DNA of 26,546 nt, taken from Pseudomonadota bacterium (GTDB lineage: Bacteria; Bdellovibrionota; FAC87; UBA2466). A model generated the notes under the pieces. The model had not been told where the DNA came from, searched no databases, and saw only the letters and a program-made list of their open reading frames with translations. Positions 9,698-17,532 of the stretch are shown piece after piece (position 1 is the first letter of the stretch; the number at the start of each line of letters is the position of its first letter). Location of the stretch: contig JAYSWN010000130.1 in assembly GCA_043718025.1 (NCBI GenBank), positions 1-26,546 on the forward strand. The letters run 5' to 3'. The translations under genes were made by a program, and so were the position numbers.

Positions 9698-12088
9698 TCA
9701 AGCGGGAGTGGGTTCAAGCGTTACCATATCGGTCGGCACAGGCGTCGGCGAACCGATCGGCGCTGGCGTCGACGAACCGGTCGGCGCTGGCGTCATCGTA
9801 AACGTCGGTTCTACAATCGGAGTGATCGTCGGGTCCACCGAGATAGTTCCGGTAGGCGTAGGCGTTGGAGTCGGCGGCGGATCAACGATGCCATCATCGC
9901 TAAGGTACAAAATTTGCTTTAACACTGCTTCTGAAAAAAGCGGCAAGATCGGCATCGTCTCTTCGTGAAATCGATTGTCGTAAATGAAAGCGAACTTTTC
10001 CAATACAAAAAGAGCCACTTCACAAATCACCACGCCCTTGAATAGACCGGGGTAGCGACTCTCTACGTAAGGGGCATTTACTAGCAGTCCGCTATAATTA
10101 ACTGGATCACCGTCTTTACCACCCCCATCAACCAAATCAGAAATCAATGCGGCCTCGGCGATGATGCGATCATTTTTCTCCGCCGTGGTAAGACCAGGTT
10201 CAACCGTGTGAAAACTATCCCGACCAATGGTGCCGGGGGCGGGGCCGTGCCGAGAGACCATGGTGTCCTGGCTTAAACCTAAAAACACGCCGGTGGCGCT
10301 GGTGATCTGAATATTCTGGCGAGCAATGGGTTCGTCCGACGGCACGTTACTTCCTTTGGCAAAGTAAGTGAATTTCTTCTGCACGAAAGCCGACCCCGTC
10401 ACATAAAACCGACAACCGTTGTCGTCGGTTCGAATTGCCAAGTCTTTTAGAAAAAGCACCCCTTTAATGATCACGTCGCCGTAACACTCTACAATGCCAC
10501 TATTACGAAAATACTTACCGGTCAGATCGAGCACGATGCCCGAGAGAGATCCCCCGAAGGGCGAAATGTATTTCAAGTTAGGCGTGGCCGGAGGAAACTC
10601 ACGGGCCACCTCAAGAATTTGGGCAGTAGTTGGAGCCCCAATTTGCACGACAGTTTTTTCAATGACGGCCGGAGCCGCAATTCCCACTTCGGGTTCCGTA
10701 AGCACCGAGCGCAGGTAAGCCGCCAAACTTTCGTAACCTAGCGCCGCCGCTGGAGTGCGGGGAACGTACACTTTGCCTTGTTGTTTAATGCCGGCCGAAG
10801 ATAACGTGGTTAATTTTGCCGTAGCCCAGTTATCGGCGTGGTTGCCGTAAATTTGCAGAGAAAACGGACTTGGTGAGCCGAAAGCGTAGGGCATTCCGTG
10901 CCCAAAATCAATGACAAACGCGCCTTGCACATCGGCATGGCACGCCACGCAACCGCTGCCGCGAACCGCCACGGCGGGCTCCAGTTGTCTAAAAAGGTTG
11001 TTAAGGCTTGAGCCGCCGTCGCCATTGTCATCGGCAGACTTGAGCACTTTTGCACTACCCATCAAGATGGCCGTCGCCGCGGTCTTGGATTGATCAATAT
11101 TCCAACCGCTGAACTCAACGTACAGTCCGTCCATCGGATCCTTCACGGTTCTCGTACGCAAAGTTTCCGAATTAGCGCTAAACGCGATTAAAAACCGATC
11201 GCTTCCTTGAACGTAGGGGATTGAAGAATCTGCCAAACCAGACGCCTGACGAGTGGCTCCCAACGCCATTAATTTTTGACCTACGGTAGTCTTAGTGACG
11301 CTATCCGCTAGCGAGCTTAGAACTAGACGCCCTTCGTTAAACGAATTTTTTGTGACCTTGCCGACGGTCGAAGTGAGGGCCCCTTCGATAAGTCCGGCGG
11401 CCGATTTTGCCAGCACTAACTTTGCATTCGGCTGCTCACCTTTCAAGTGACCCTGATTCAAATCTCGCAGGGTATCAATCGAGTGAAAATTGGCCACGTT
11501 TGAAGCAAAGGCGCCGACGGTGCCCGAGGGCTTAATGATGAACCTCATCGTAGCGTCGGTGATTCGTCCGTACCCCGATTTGGGGATAGCCGTTACCGTA
11601 TACTCTTGAGTTGATTTCCCATTCGTTTCCATGACGACATTGATCGTGATCGCGGTAACCATCGTGGGGTCGATGCTTTGCCCGTTGATAAAGCTCACCG
11701 CCAATTTTTCCGCCCCGACAAGGGGCGTAACCGCGATTCCAAATTTGCCAAAAGTCTCTGCGCTCGAAGCCCGCACGCCTGAAACCATTGTCGAGGTTTT
11801 AGGCCCGGTCACCATAAAGTCGAGTTTCGCCACATCGTCTATTGCGTTCTTTTTAGCGCGCGCTCGCTGCTCATCGGTAGCATCGGGGTCGCCCACCAAA
11901 TAGAAAGTAACATTGGCGCTAACAAATTCAGTTTGCCCATTCACATTGAAGGTTAGAACGGACGGAACCACGGCCACCAAGGCGTTGCCACGGAACATTT
12001 TGTTGCAGCCCGAGAAAAAAATGGCCAAAAACAGTAAGGCGAATACCTTTTTTGAGAAACGCCCGCGGTAAATGTTTGTCTGGTTCAA
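9698..12088 (-). CDS. Large lipoprotein with one CxxCH motif and a Pro/Thr-rich C-terminal tail
   Basis: GGAGG RBS before a TTG start, basic N-region, hydrophobic stretch ending FSGC (lipobox-like), CVACH mid-protein, tail PPPTPTPTPT...TPAPTGSSTPAPIGSPTPVPT. Confidence 0.75.
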   Translation of the reverse strand: MNQTNIYRGRFSKKVFALLFLAIFFSGCNKMFRGNALVAVVPSVLTFNVNGQTEFVSANVTFYLVGDPDATDEQRARAKKNAIDDVAKLDFMVTGPKTSTMVSGVRASSAETFGKFGIAVTPLVGAEKLAVSFINGQSIDPTMVTAITINVVMETNGKSTQEYTVTAIPKSGYGRITDATMRFIIKPSGTVGAFASNVANFHSIDTLRDLNQGHLKGEQPNAKLVLAKSAAGLIEGALTSTVGKVTKNSFNEGRLVLSSLADSVTKTTVGQKLMALGATRQASGLADSSIPYVQGSDRFLIAFSANSETLRTRTVKDPMDGLYVEFSGWNIDQSKTAATAILMGSAKVLKSADDNGDGGSSLNNLFRQLEPAVAVRGSGCVACHADVQGAFVIDFGHGMPYAFGSPSPFSLQIYGNHADNWATAKLTTLSSAGIKQQGKVYVPRTPAAALGYESLAAYLRSVLTEPEVGIAAPAVIEKTVVQIGAPTTAQILEVAREFPPATPNLKYISPFGGSLSGIVLDLTGKYFRNSGIVECYGDVIIKGVLFLKDLAIRTDDNGCRFYVTGSAFVQKKFTYFAKGSNVPSDEPIARQNIQITSATGVFLGLSQDTMVSRHGPAPGTIGRDSFHTVEPGLTTAEKNDRIIAEAALISDLVDGGGKDGDPVNYSGLLVNAPYVESRYPGLFKGVVICEVALFVLEKFAFIYDNRFHEETMPILPLFSEAVLKQILYLSDDGIVDPPPTPTPTPTGTISVDPTITPIVEPTFTMTPAPTGSSTPAPIGSPTPVPTDMVTLEPTPA
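9731..9794. repeat. Coding tandem repeat, 24-nt period, about 3 copies
   Basis: GGTCGGCACAGGCGTCGGCGAACC / GATCGGCGCTGGCGTCGACGAACC / GGTCGGCGCTGGCGTC, encoding the TPAP(T/I)GS units. Confidence 0.85.
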
Positions 12089-12491
12089 AAATCCTCCGAA
12101 CGGATTTGCGAATTTGCTTATTAACGAAAGAAGAGACCACGGCTGCTTAATGAACGGGAGAGAGTGAGAATCAAGATTGATGAGGCAGTAGGTGTTACGT
12201 CTAAAAGTAGGCTGCTGAAGTTAGATCTATTCTGCCCGAATACGAATTGTGTGTCAATTTTCACGATCGATTAACCTATTGAATTTTAACAGTTATTTAA
12301 GACGCATTATGTGGAAAATACAATACTGCATAATGGAGCCCGGCTACCGCTCAGGAAACTATTGGGCAATTCGAATAATTTTAGCCGGCGCCGATCGCTC
12401 AGAGTTTGGTCATTATTAAGAATGAAAACTAAATTTCCTCAGCAGTATTGAATCGTTCGTCGGAGGGCCAATTCACTGCAAGGCTTCACAA

Positions 12492-13607
12492 TCAAGGCCG
12501 GTGGCTTATCTGCACCATCGAAAAGAAGTATTCAAGGGGGGTGTTCACGGGGGGAAAGCCGTGATTTTTAAGAAACAGATTCGCCGGCTCCATGTCGACA
12601 CGGTGGTAGGTGATCAATTTGCCGGTCAAACGGTCGAAAATGGCCATTTCATTCGTAAGGGTATCGAAGCGGAAGGACAAAAGCTGAGTGGTGCTCTGAC
12701 CATCGCTTTCTCTCTTTTCGGCCCGCGTAAACGTGAGCGCGGTGGGCCGGTCACTCTGCATAAAATCTTCGGCGGCCTTAAGGTAATTTTGCTTCAGTTT
12801 GGCGTACGCCCGTTGCTCGGCGGACGCATCGCCCTTACTCGCCTCCACATCATGAAGGTAATCTTGGCGAAGCCGGATAAACTCTGGGCTGTGGGCGCCA
12901 GCATTTCGTTTTGCCGCCGCCGCTTTATCGGCGGGAGACATCGACGCACCCCGCTCAGGGAAAATACCCAAAACATGTTTGTCGACGTGAGAAACCGCTT
13001 GATTCTCACTCGAAAAACCCACGAAGCCAATTTTTTCGCCGGCCGTAAGCTGGGCAAAACGTTGTGGAGCCTGCCCATATTTTTGCGGTGCCGTTACCAT
13101 TTTGGTGAAGTTGGTAAAAAACTGGCCGGTGGTGGCTAGAGTACCAATGGCCCGGGTGTCGATCGGAAGTTTGATAAACGCCGCCAACTCCCCTTTGCCG
13201 TTGGTGATGAGAAGTTCACCGGTGACCAGGTGCAGTTTAATTCGGGTGCCGTCTGGCAGAGGAGAAGCGTAGGTGAGTGACCGCTCGTCGACCGCATCCG
13301 AAGCAAACTGCCTAAGGCGCTGCTCATAGTCCTTCGGGCCAAAACCTACGGGTAGCGAGCCATCATTGCGCGCATTTTTAGGTGGAAAGAATCTTTTGGC
13401 AAAGTCTACGGGCCAATGGTCATCCCCCCAGGGAGACTCGGCCAAATGAATTTCCCGCACGGGAAATCTAACGCGCAGATGTTCTGGATCATGCAGCGGC
13501 GCAATTGCCGAGAATAGGCAAAGTGCGGCAGTTGCTTTAGTTAATTCAGAACCGAAACCAGAAGCAGAACAAACGACCAGCAAAAGGATAACGAAAACCC
13601 TTTGCAT
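12492..13607 (-). CDS. Secreted protein with tandem RNase-toxin-like domains (paralogue A)
   Basis: GAGGG RBS and signal peptide. C-terminal half reads GFSSENQAVSHVDKH...NYLKAAEDF...FRFDTLTNEMAIFDRLTGKLITYHR. Colinear with 16187..17266. The CDS is secure; the function is inferred. Confidence 0.6.
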   Translation of the reverse strand: MQRVFVILLLVVCSASGFGSELTKATAALCLFSAIAPLHDPEHLRVRFPVREIHLAESPWGDDHWPVDFAKRFFPPKNARNDGSLPVGFGPKDYEQRLRQFASDAVDERSLTYASPLPDGTRIKLHLVTGELLITNGKGELAAFIKLPIDTRAIGTLATTGQFFTNFTKMVTAPQKYGQAPQRFAQLTAGEKIGFVGFSSENQAVSHVDKHVLGIFPERGASMSPADKAAAAKRNAGAHSPEFIRLRQDYLHDVEASKGDASAEQRAYAKLKQNYLKAAEDFMQSDRPTALTFTRAEKRESDGQSTTQLLSFRFDTLTNEMAIFDRLTGKLITYHRVDMEPANLFLKNHGFPPVNTPLEYFFSMVQISHRP

Positions 13608-13648
13608 AGAACCCTCGCTGCCTCAATTGTAGCTGTATTCAATGGGGT

Positions 13649-14200
13649 TCAGTTAGCATTCCACTCAACGCACTCATTCACCAGCTGGGTGAAGGGTAAA
13701 CCGGGCTCAAGACCAACGGCCTTTACTGTAGACCAGTAGAATTCAATCTTTTGCGCAATCACCGGAGGAGTTCTCGGATCGGCTAGTAGCCCCTTTACGG
13801 CGACCTCGGTGCTCTTGATTCGCGCCCGTTCGGTGGGATCGGTGCTGGGCAGCAGGGCAAACTCATTAGAAAACGGTTGAATGGTCGTTTCAAGAACTTG
13901 CGGCGTTATCCCACCCGGAGGTAAGGCCCGCTGAAACTCAATTAGGCTCTTATTGATTTCGCTTAACCGGAGCAAAATACCCGCAGTTTGGGCTACCTGT
14001 TTCAGACTCACGCCGGAATGCATAGTGAGGGTTTCTCTTCTCACTTTGTCGGGAAGGTCAGCCACCCCCTTACTTTCGTCAGCCAAAACAACCAGTAGCG
14101 CATTGCAGACCAACCTCTCTTTGGTGGCCAAGGCGTGCGGGCCCGCAGCAATCAAAAAGGCACCTAAAAGCACACGTATCCCAGCGTTCACAACAGGCAT
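13649..14200 (-). CDS. Secreted hypothetical helical protein
   Basis: 183 aa, signal peptide ending HALA, co-oriented 41 bp upstream of paralogue A. No recognisable domain. Confidence 0.65.
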   Translation of the reverse strand: MPVVNAGIRVLLGAFLIAAGPHALATKERLVCNALLVVLADESKGVADLPDKVRRETLTMHSGVSLKQVAQTAGILLRLSEINKSLIEFQRALPPGGITPQVLETTIQPFSNEFALLPSTDPTERARIKSTEVAVKGLLADPRTPPVIAQKIEFYWSTVKAVGLEPGLPFTQLVNECVEWNAN

Positions 14201-14528
14201 ACCGGTGCAAGCCGGGCCAGGTTCAATTCAGGCGTAAAACGAGGTGCCACGAGCCCTTTTTTGTCAGTCACCTGGATTCTCTATGATGATTAGTGGAAGG
14301 GGGGGACGTGGCGTCTTTGCTCTCGCCTTGCTCGTGGGGGTTGGGCGGCGCTTCCACCCGGGCGTGATTCGGGCGGGCAGTGCAAGGCCGGGCGTTGGCG
14401 GTGTTTCAAGTCGTGACTTCACCCGCTTTGCCTTTTTGTCTTTGGCGCGCCAACCTCACTTCGGGGCTAGTGCTATTTAGGAGGGGCTCAACAACCGAAC
14501 TAAATCAAAAGCGTTCCACCCGTTTTCG

Positions 14529-14575
14529 GATTTTTTTTTAATTTTTCTTTTCGGAAAAAGAAGATAAAAAAAATC
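14529..14575. repeat. AT-rich imperfect inverted repeat
   Basis: GATTTTTTTTTAATTTTTCTTTT-CGG-AAAAAGAAGATAAAAAAAATC. Confidence 0.55.
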
Positions 14576-14606
14576 AGAGCCATTTCAAAGCCAGGAAATT
14601 TCCTCA

Positions 14607-14784
14607 GAGCATGTCTCAAAACCTTATTGGGCAGCACTCTCCCGTCATTGCGTCTGCCTTGGCAGGCGCGGCAACCCGTGGCAGCCTTGGTTTCTCGGTA
14701 ATCCGTGTTCACTCAACGTGACAAGTTTGCTTCAGCCGCACTGCGTGCGCAATGACGGCAAGATGCGACTTTTGAGACATGCTC
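14607..14784. mobile_element. 178-bp MITE-like element with IS5/IS1031-style ends
   Basis: Perfect 15-bp terminal inverted repeats GAGCATGTCTCAAAA (14607-14621) / TTTTGAGACATGCTC (14770-14784), flanked by TCA and TAA (TNA-type target). No transposase. Confidence 0.7.
14642..14758. repeat. Nested GTCATTGCG...CGCAATGAC palindromic element
   Basis: Perfect 11-bp inverted repeat CCGTCATTGCG (14642-14652) / CGCAATGACGG (14748-14758), with internal GCGGCAAC and TTGCTTC sub-motifs. Confidence 0.7.
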
Positions 14785-15125
14785 TAAGGAAACCGCCCAC
14801 CCGACTCGAAGCCTCACGCAAAAAAGAACCTCGGGCGATGACTATAAGACAAGTAAGGGGAACCAAGTGAAATGGGTCGTGGCAAAGTAAGTGGCCCCTC
14901 CACGGTACAGCACCACTCGGCAGCACCAGGATGAAAAGCTAAAATCTTCCCTTAAGTGAAACGCCAAGGCAAAACCCCACGCTCCCCACACATCGCCATT
15001 TCCACCAAATACTATTTGACGCCTTTTTCTATAAAATTGAATGCCGAACTCTGCTCCGAGACGTGGCGGTTTTAACCACCAGAGCAGACGTTAAAGCGCC
15101 CTCCAGGTCACGGATTGATTATTCT

Positions 15126-15152
15126 TCGAGGCGCGGTGAGGGCTGCCGATAG
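15126..15152 (+). promoter_or_regulatory. Putative sigma-28 (FliA)-type promoter of the HNH gene
   Basis: TCGA-N15-GCCGATAG against the consensus TAAA-N15-GCCGATAA, 67 nt before ATG 15220. Confidence 0.45.
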
Positions 15153-15219
15153 GCAAGGGCTTATCGCGGAATGTGGACGTGAAAAAGGCTCTCAAAAAAC
15201 TCATGATACTAATTTGTTC

Positions 15220-16158
15220 ATGACGACCACCGCTCAAATCCTAGACGCAAAAGTAAAACAGTTGGCAAAAACTCTTCTCCACACTGAAGGGTTGGTGCTC
15301 ACCACTCTCATGGAGATGAGCCGAGTCAGGGTCTTTGCGGAGCTAAATTACTCAGGGGTATTTGATTACTGCCTTCGCGCATTGGGCATGAGCAAAGAAC
15401 AGTCTTACTATTTTAAGAAAGTGGCCGCGGTTTCAGTACAGGTACCAGAGCTAAAAACTGCCATCGTTCACGGTGAACTATCGCTTTCATCGGCCCGCCG
15501 CATCGCCCCTATTCTCAATGCGGCAAACCAGGCGGAGTGGATTACCAAAGCCAAGGAGCTGAAGCAGAGTGAGCTTGAAAAGGCGGTGAGTGAAGTCAAT
15601 CCGCAAGCTCATCCTAGAGAGCGGATAAAGCCTGTCGCCAAAAACGTATCGGAGCTTCGTGTAGTCATTGACGATGTCACCGATGGCAACCTCACCATGC
15701 TCAAAGACCTGCTCTCTTCTAAATTAAGACGCCCGGCAACGTTGGCCGAAGTAATTGCTTGGGCAGTTCAAGAGACCAGGGAACGGCATGACCCCGAGGC
15801 TAAGGCCAAGCGGGCGAGAAGAGTTTCCCCAGGAAAACCCGAAAAACAAAATTTGCTTGGCGCTAATCCGGCAATCAACGCTGTGACTACAGCCGGCGTT
15901 ATAGAAGCCGCGCCAAGGCAAAGGGAATCGAACCGGCTGCCAATCCCCGCCGCCATTCGCCACGCCGTTGTGCAACGCCAAGGAGCGCAGTGTTCGTTTG
16001 TTTCGCAAGACTACCGGCGTTGTGAGCAGAAACGTTGGCTCGATTTGCATCATCGCTTAGCGGTGGCACACGGCGGGATGAACCAAATCGAGAATTTAGT
16101 GTTTCTTTGTCACCGGCACCACCGCGCGCTGCATGGAGCGAATCATTCGCCGTCATAA
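15220..16158 (+). CDS. HNH endonuclease with DUF222-like N-terminal region
   Basis: C-terminal RHAVVQRQGAQCSF..RC..LDLHH..AHGGMNQIENLVFLCHRHHRALH. N-terminal LNYSGVFDYC..LGMS..VPEL..AIVHGELSLSSARRIAP helical region. Start set at ATG 15220. Confidence 0.88.
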   Translation: MTTTAQILDAKVKQLAKTLLHTEGLVLTTLMEMSRVRVFAELNYSGVFDYCLRALGMSKEQSYYFKKVAAVSVQVPELKTAIVHGELSLSSARRIAPILNAANQAEWITKAKELKQSELEKAVSEVNPQAHPRERIKPVAKNVSELRVVIDDVTDGNLTMLKDLLSSKLRRPATLAEVIAWAVQETRERHDPEAKAKRARRVSPGKPEKQNLLGANPAINAVTTAGVIEAAPRQRESNRLPIPAAIRHAVVQRQGAQCSFVSQDYRRCEQKRWLDLHHRLAVAHGGMNQIENLVFLCHRHHRALHGANHSPS

Positions 16159-16186
16159 AGAATCATTCGTCTGCCTAATGCCAAGC

Positions 16187-17266
16187 CTATTTGTTAGTTG
16201 GGGTCAACTGAGGCAGGGCGAGAAAGTACTCAAACGGCGAATGCGCTGGCGGGAATTGATGATCCGCCAGCGAGCGGTTCGCAATATCCATGTTCAGACG
16301 AAAATACGTGGTTACCTTACCCGATCCGCGATCGATAACGGCCAGTTCGCGAGTGAGCACATCAAAGCGATAGGCCATGACATGTTCGGCCCCGTCGAAT
16401 TGCCGGATCTCTTTACGGGTGTAGGTCAAACTCGTAGCCCGTTCGCTTTTTAGAAATTTTTCGGCCGCTTGCATGTAACTCATTTTTAGTGCGGTATAGG
16501 CTCGCTCTGCACAACCTCTATCTTCTGCACAGTTTTTTATAGCGAGGGCAAAATTTGTTCGTAGAGCCTCGAACTCAGGCGGTCGATTAACGCTCGCGCC
16601 CATGGCAAAGTTGGCCTTGTAGGCGAGCGGCATTTGCCGCACTTCCGGCGCTAAGCCAAGCACATGCTTATCGACATGCACGGCCAAACTGTTCCCGCTG
16701 ATGAAACCTCCAAATTCCATACTTTCTCCCGCACTCAGCCTGGCCACTTTTTCTCCACGGCTAGGCAGCGAAACCGTTTCAACCAGGTGGGAAAACAGAT
16801 GGGCCGTAGAAACATAGGCGGCCACCGATCGCTGGTCCACCGGCAGCCTCAAATACAGCCCCACATGCCCCTGCTTATTGAGAATCAGCATCTCGCCAGT
16901 GGCCAAATGCATTTTGAGCGAAGTGGAGTCAGGCAGTTGTGAAAAGTGGGTAACCGATCGCGCATCGAGGCCGTCTCTGGCAAACGCTCGAAGACTCGCC
17001 TCAAATTCTTTCACGCCAAAACTGATTGGCTGATAGCCATCATTCGAGGGCTTGGGAGAGGGAAAATGATACCTTGCCAGCTCTATCGGACGCTCGCACG
17101 AACCCCAGAGCGTTTGACTCAAAGAAACGGCGCGCGCCGGGAACAAGAGGTGAACCGATTTTGGATCCTGCACTGAGGCGATGGCGGGAAGTTCAAACTG
17201 GCAGGCCAATGCCCCCGAGCAAAATAGAAAGAAGCCCGCAAAAAACGCAAACGCCACCCGTGACAA
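16187..17266 (-). CDS. Secreted protein with tandem RNase-toxin-like domains (paralogue B)
   Basis: GGAGG RBS, TTG start, signal peptide ending ALA|C. C-terminal half reads GFISGNSLAVHVDKHVLG...SYMQAAEKF...YRFDVLTRELAVIDRGSGKVTTYFRL. A 54-aa ungapped block (NDG...LI) shares 30 identities with paralogue A by hand count. Confidence 0.6.
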   Translation of the reverse strand: MSRVAFAFFAGFFLFCSGALACQFELPAIASVQDPKSVHLLFPARAVSLSQTLWGSCERPIELARYHFPSPKPSNDGYQPISFGVKEFEASLRAFARDGLDARSVTHFSQLPDSTSLKMHLATGEMLILNKQGHVGLYLRLPVDQRSVAAYVSTAHLFSHLVETVSLPSRGEKVARLSAGESMEFGGFISGNSLAVHVDKHVLGLAPEVRQMPLAYKANFAMGASVNRPPEFEALRTNFALAIKNCAEDRGCAERAYTALKMSYMQAAEKFLKSERATSLTYTRKEIRQFDGAEHVMAYRFDVLTRELAVIDRGSGKVTTYFRLNMDIANRSLADHQFPPAHSPFEYFLALPQLTPTNK

Positions 17267-17532
17267 ACAACCTCCAAAATCGTCGCTGAAGATCCAAATT
17301 TGTAAGGAAAACCTGTTGGCTTAGTCCTAACAAGTTTCGAGCTTCTTTGACAAGCTGCGCAACAACAAATCTGGATCGGCATCCGTTAACAGCCTGGGCA
17401 AATTTTGGATTTTGCTAGAGCCAACCAACCAAAATAATGGTCATTTCAAACATTCGCGGGTGAAGACAGAAATTAATCATGACGCCCTTAACGCACCATG
17501 CTACCAATTTTTAGGCAACGGGAAAAAGGGGA

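Noticed and set aside
12431..12442. AAATTTCCTCAG identical to the left flank of the MITE (14596-14607)
   Set aside because: A single AT-rich 12-mer match is expected by chance in 26 kb, and the palindromic right half is absent.
12501..13139. 212-aa antisense ORF as a possible immunity gene
   Set aside because: It lies fully antisense to paralogue A, has no motif, and the equivalent frame is broken in paralogue B.
14201..14250. Sigma-54 promoter for the 13649..14200 gene
   Set aside because: TGGCCCGGCTTGCA has 8 rather than 10 nt between GG and GC, and TGGCACCTCGTTTTAC lacks the -12 GC.
14244..14926. Small ORFs in the 1-kb gap
   Set aside because: Low-complexity translations with no convincing RBS, two of them running through the repeat elements.
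14201..15219. CRISPR array or tRNA beside the HNH gene; IscB/Cas9 identity for the HNH protein
   Set aside because: No regularly spaced direct repeats or cloverleaf were seen, and the protein lacks PLMP and RuvC motifs.
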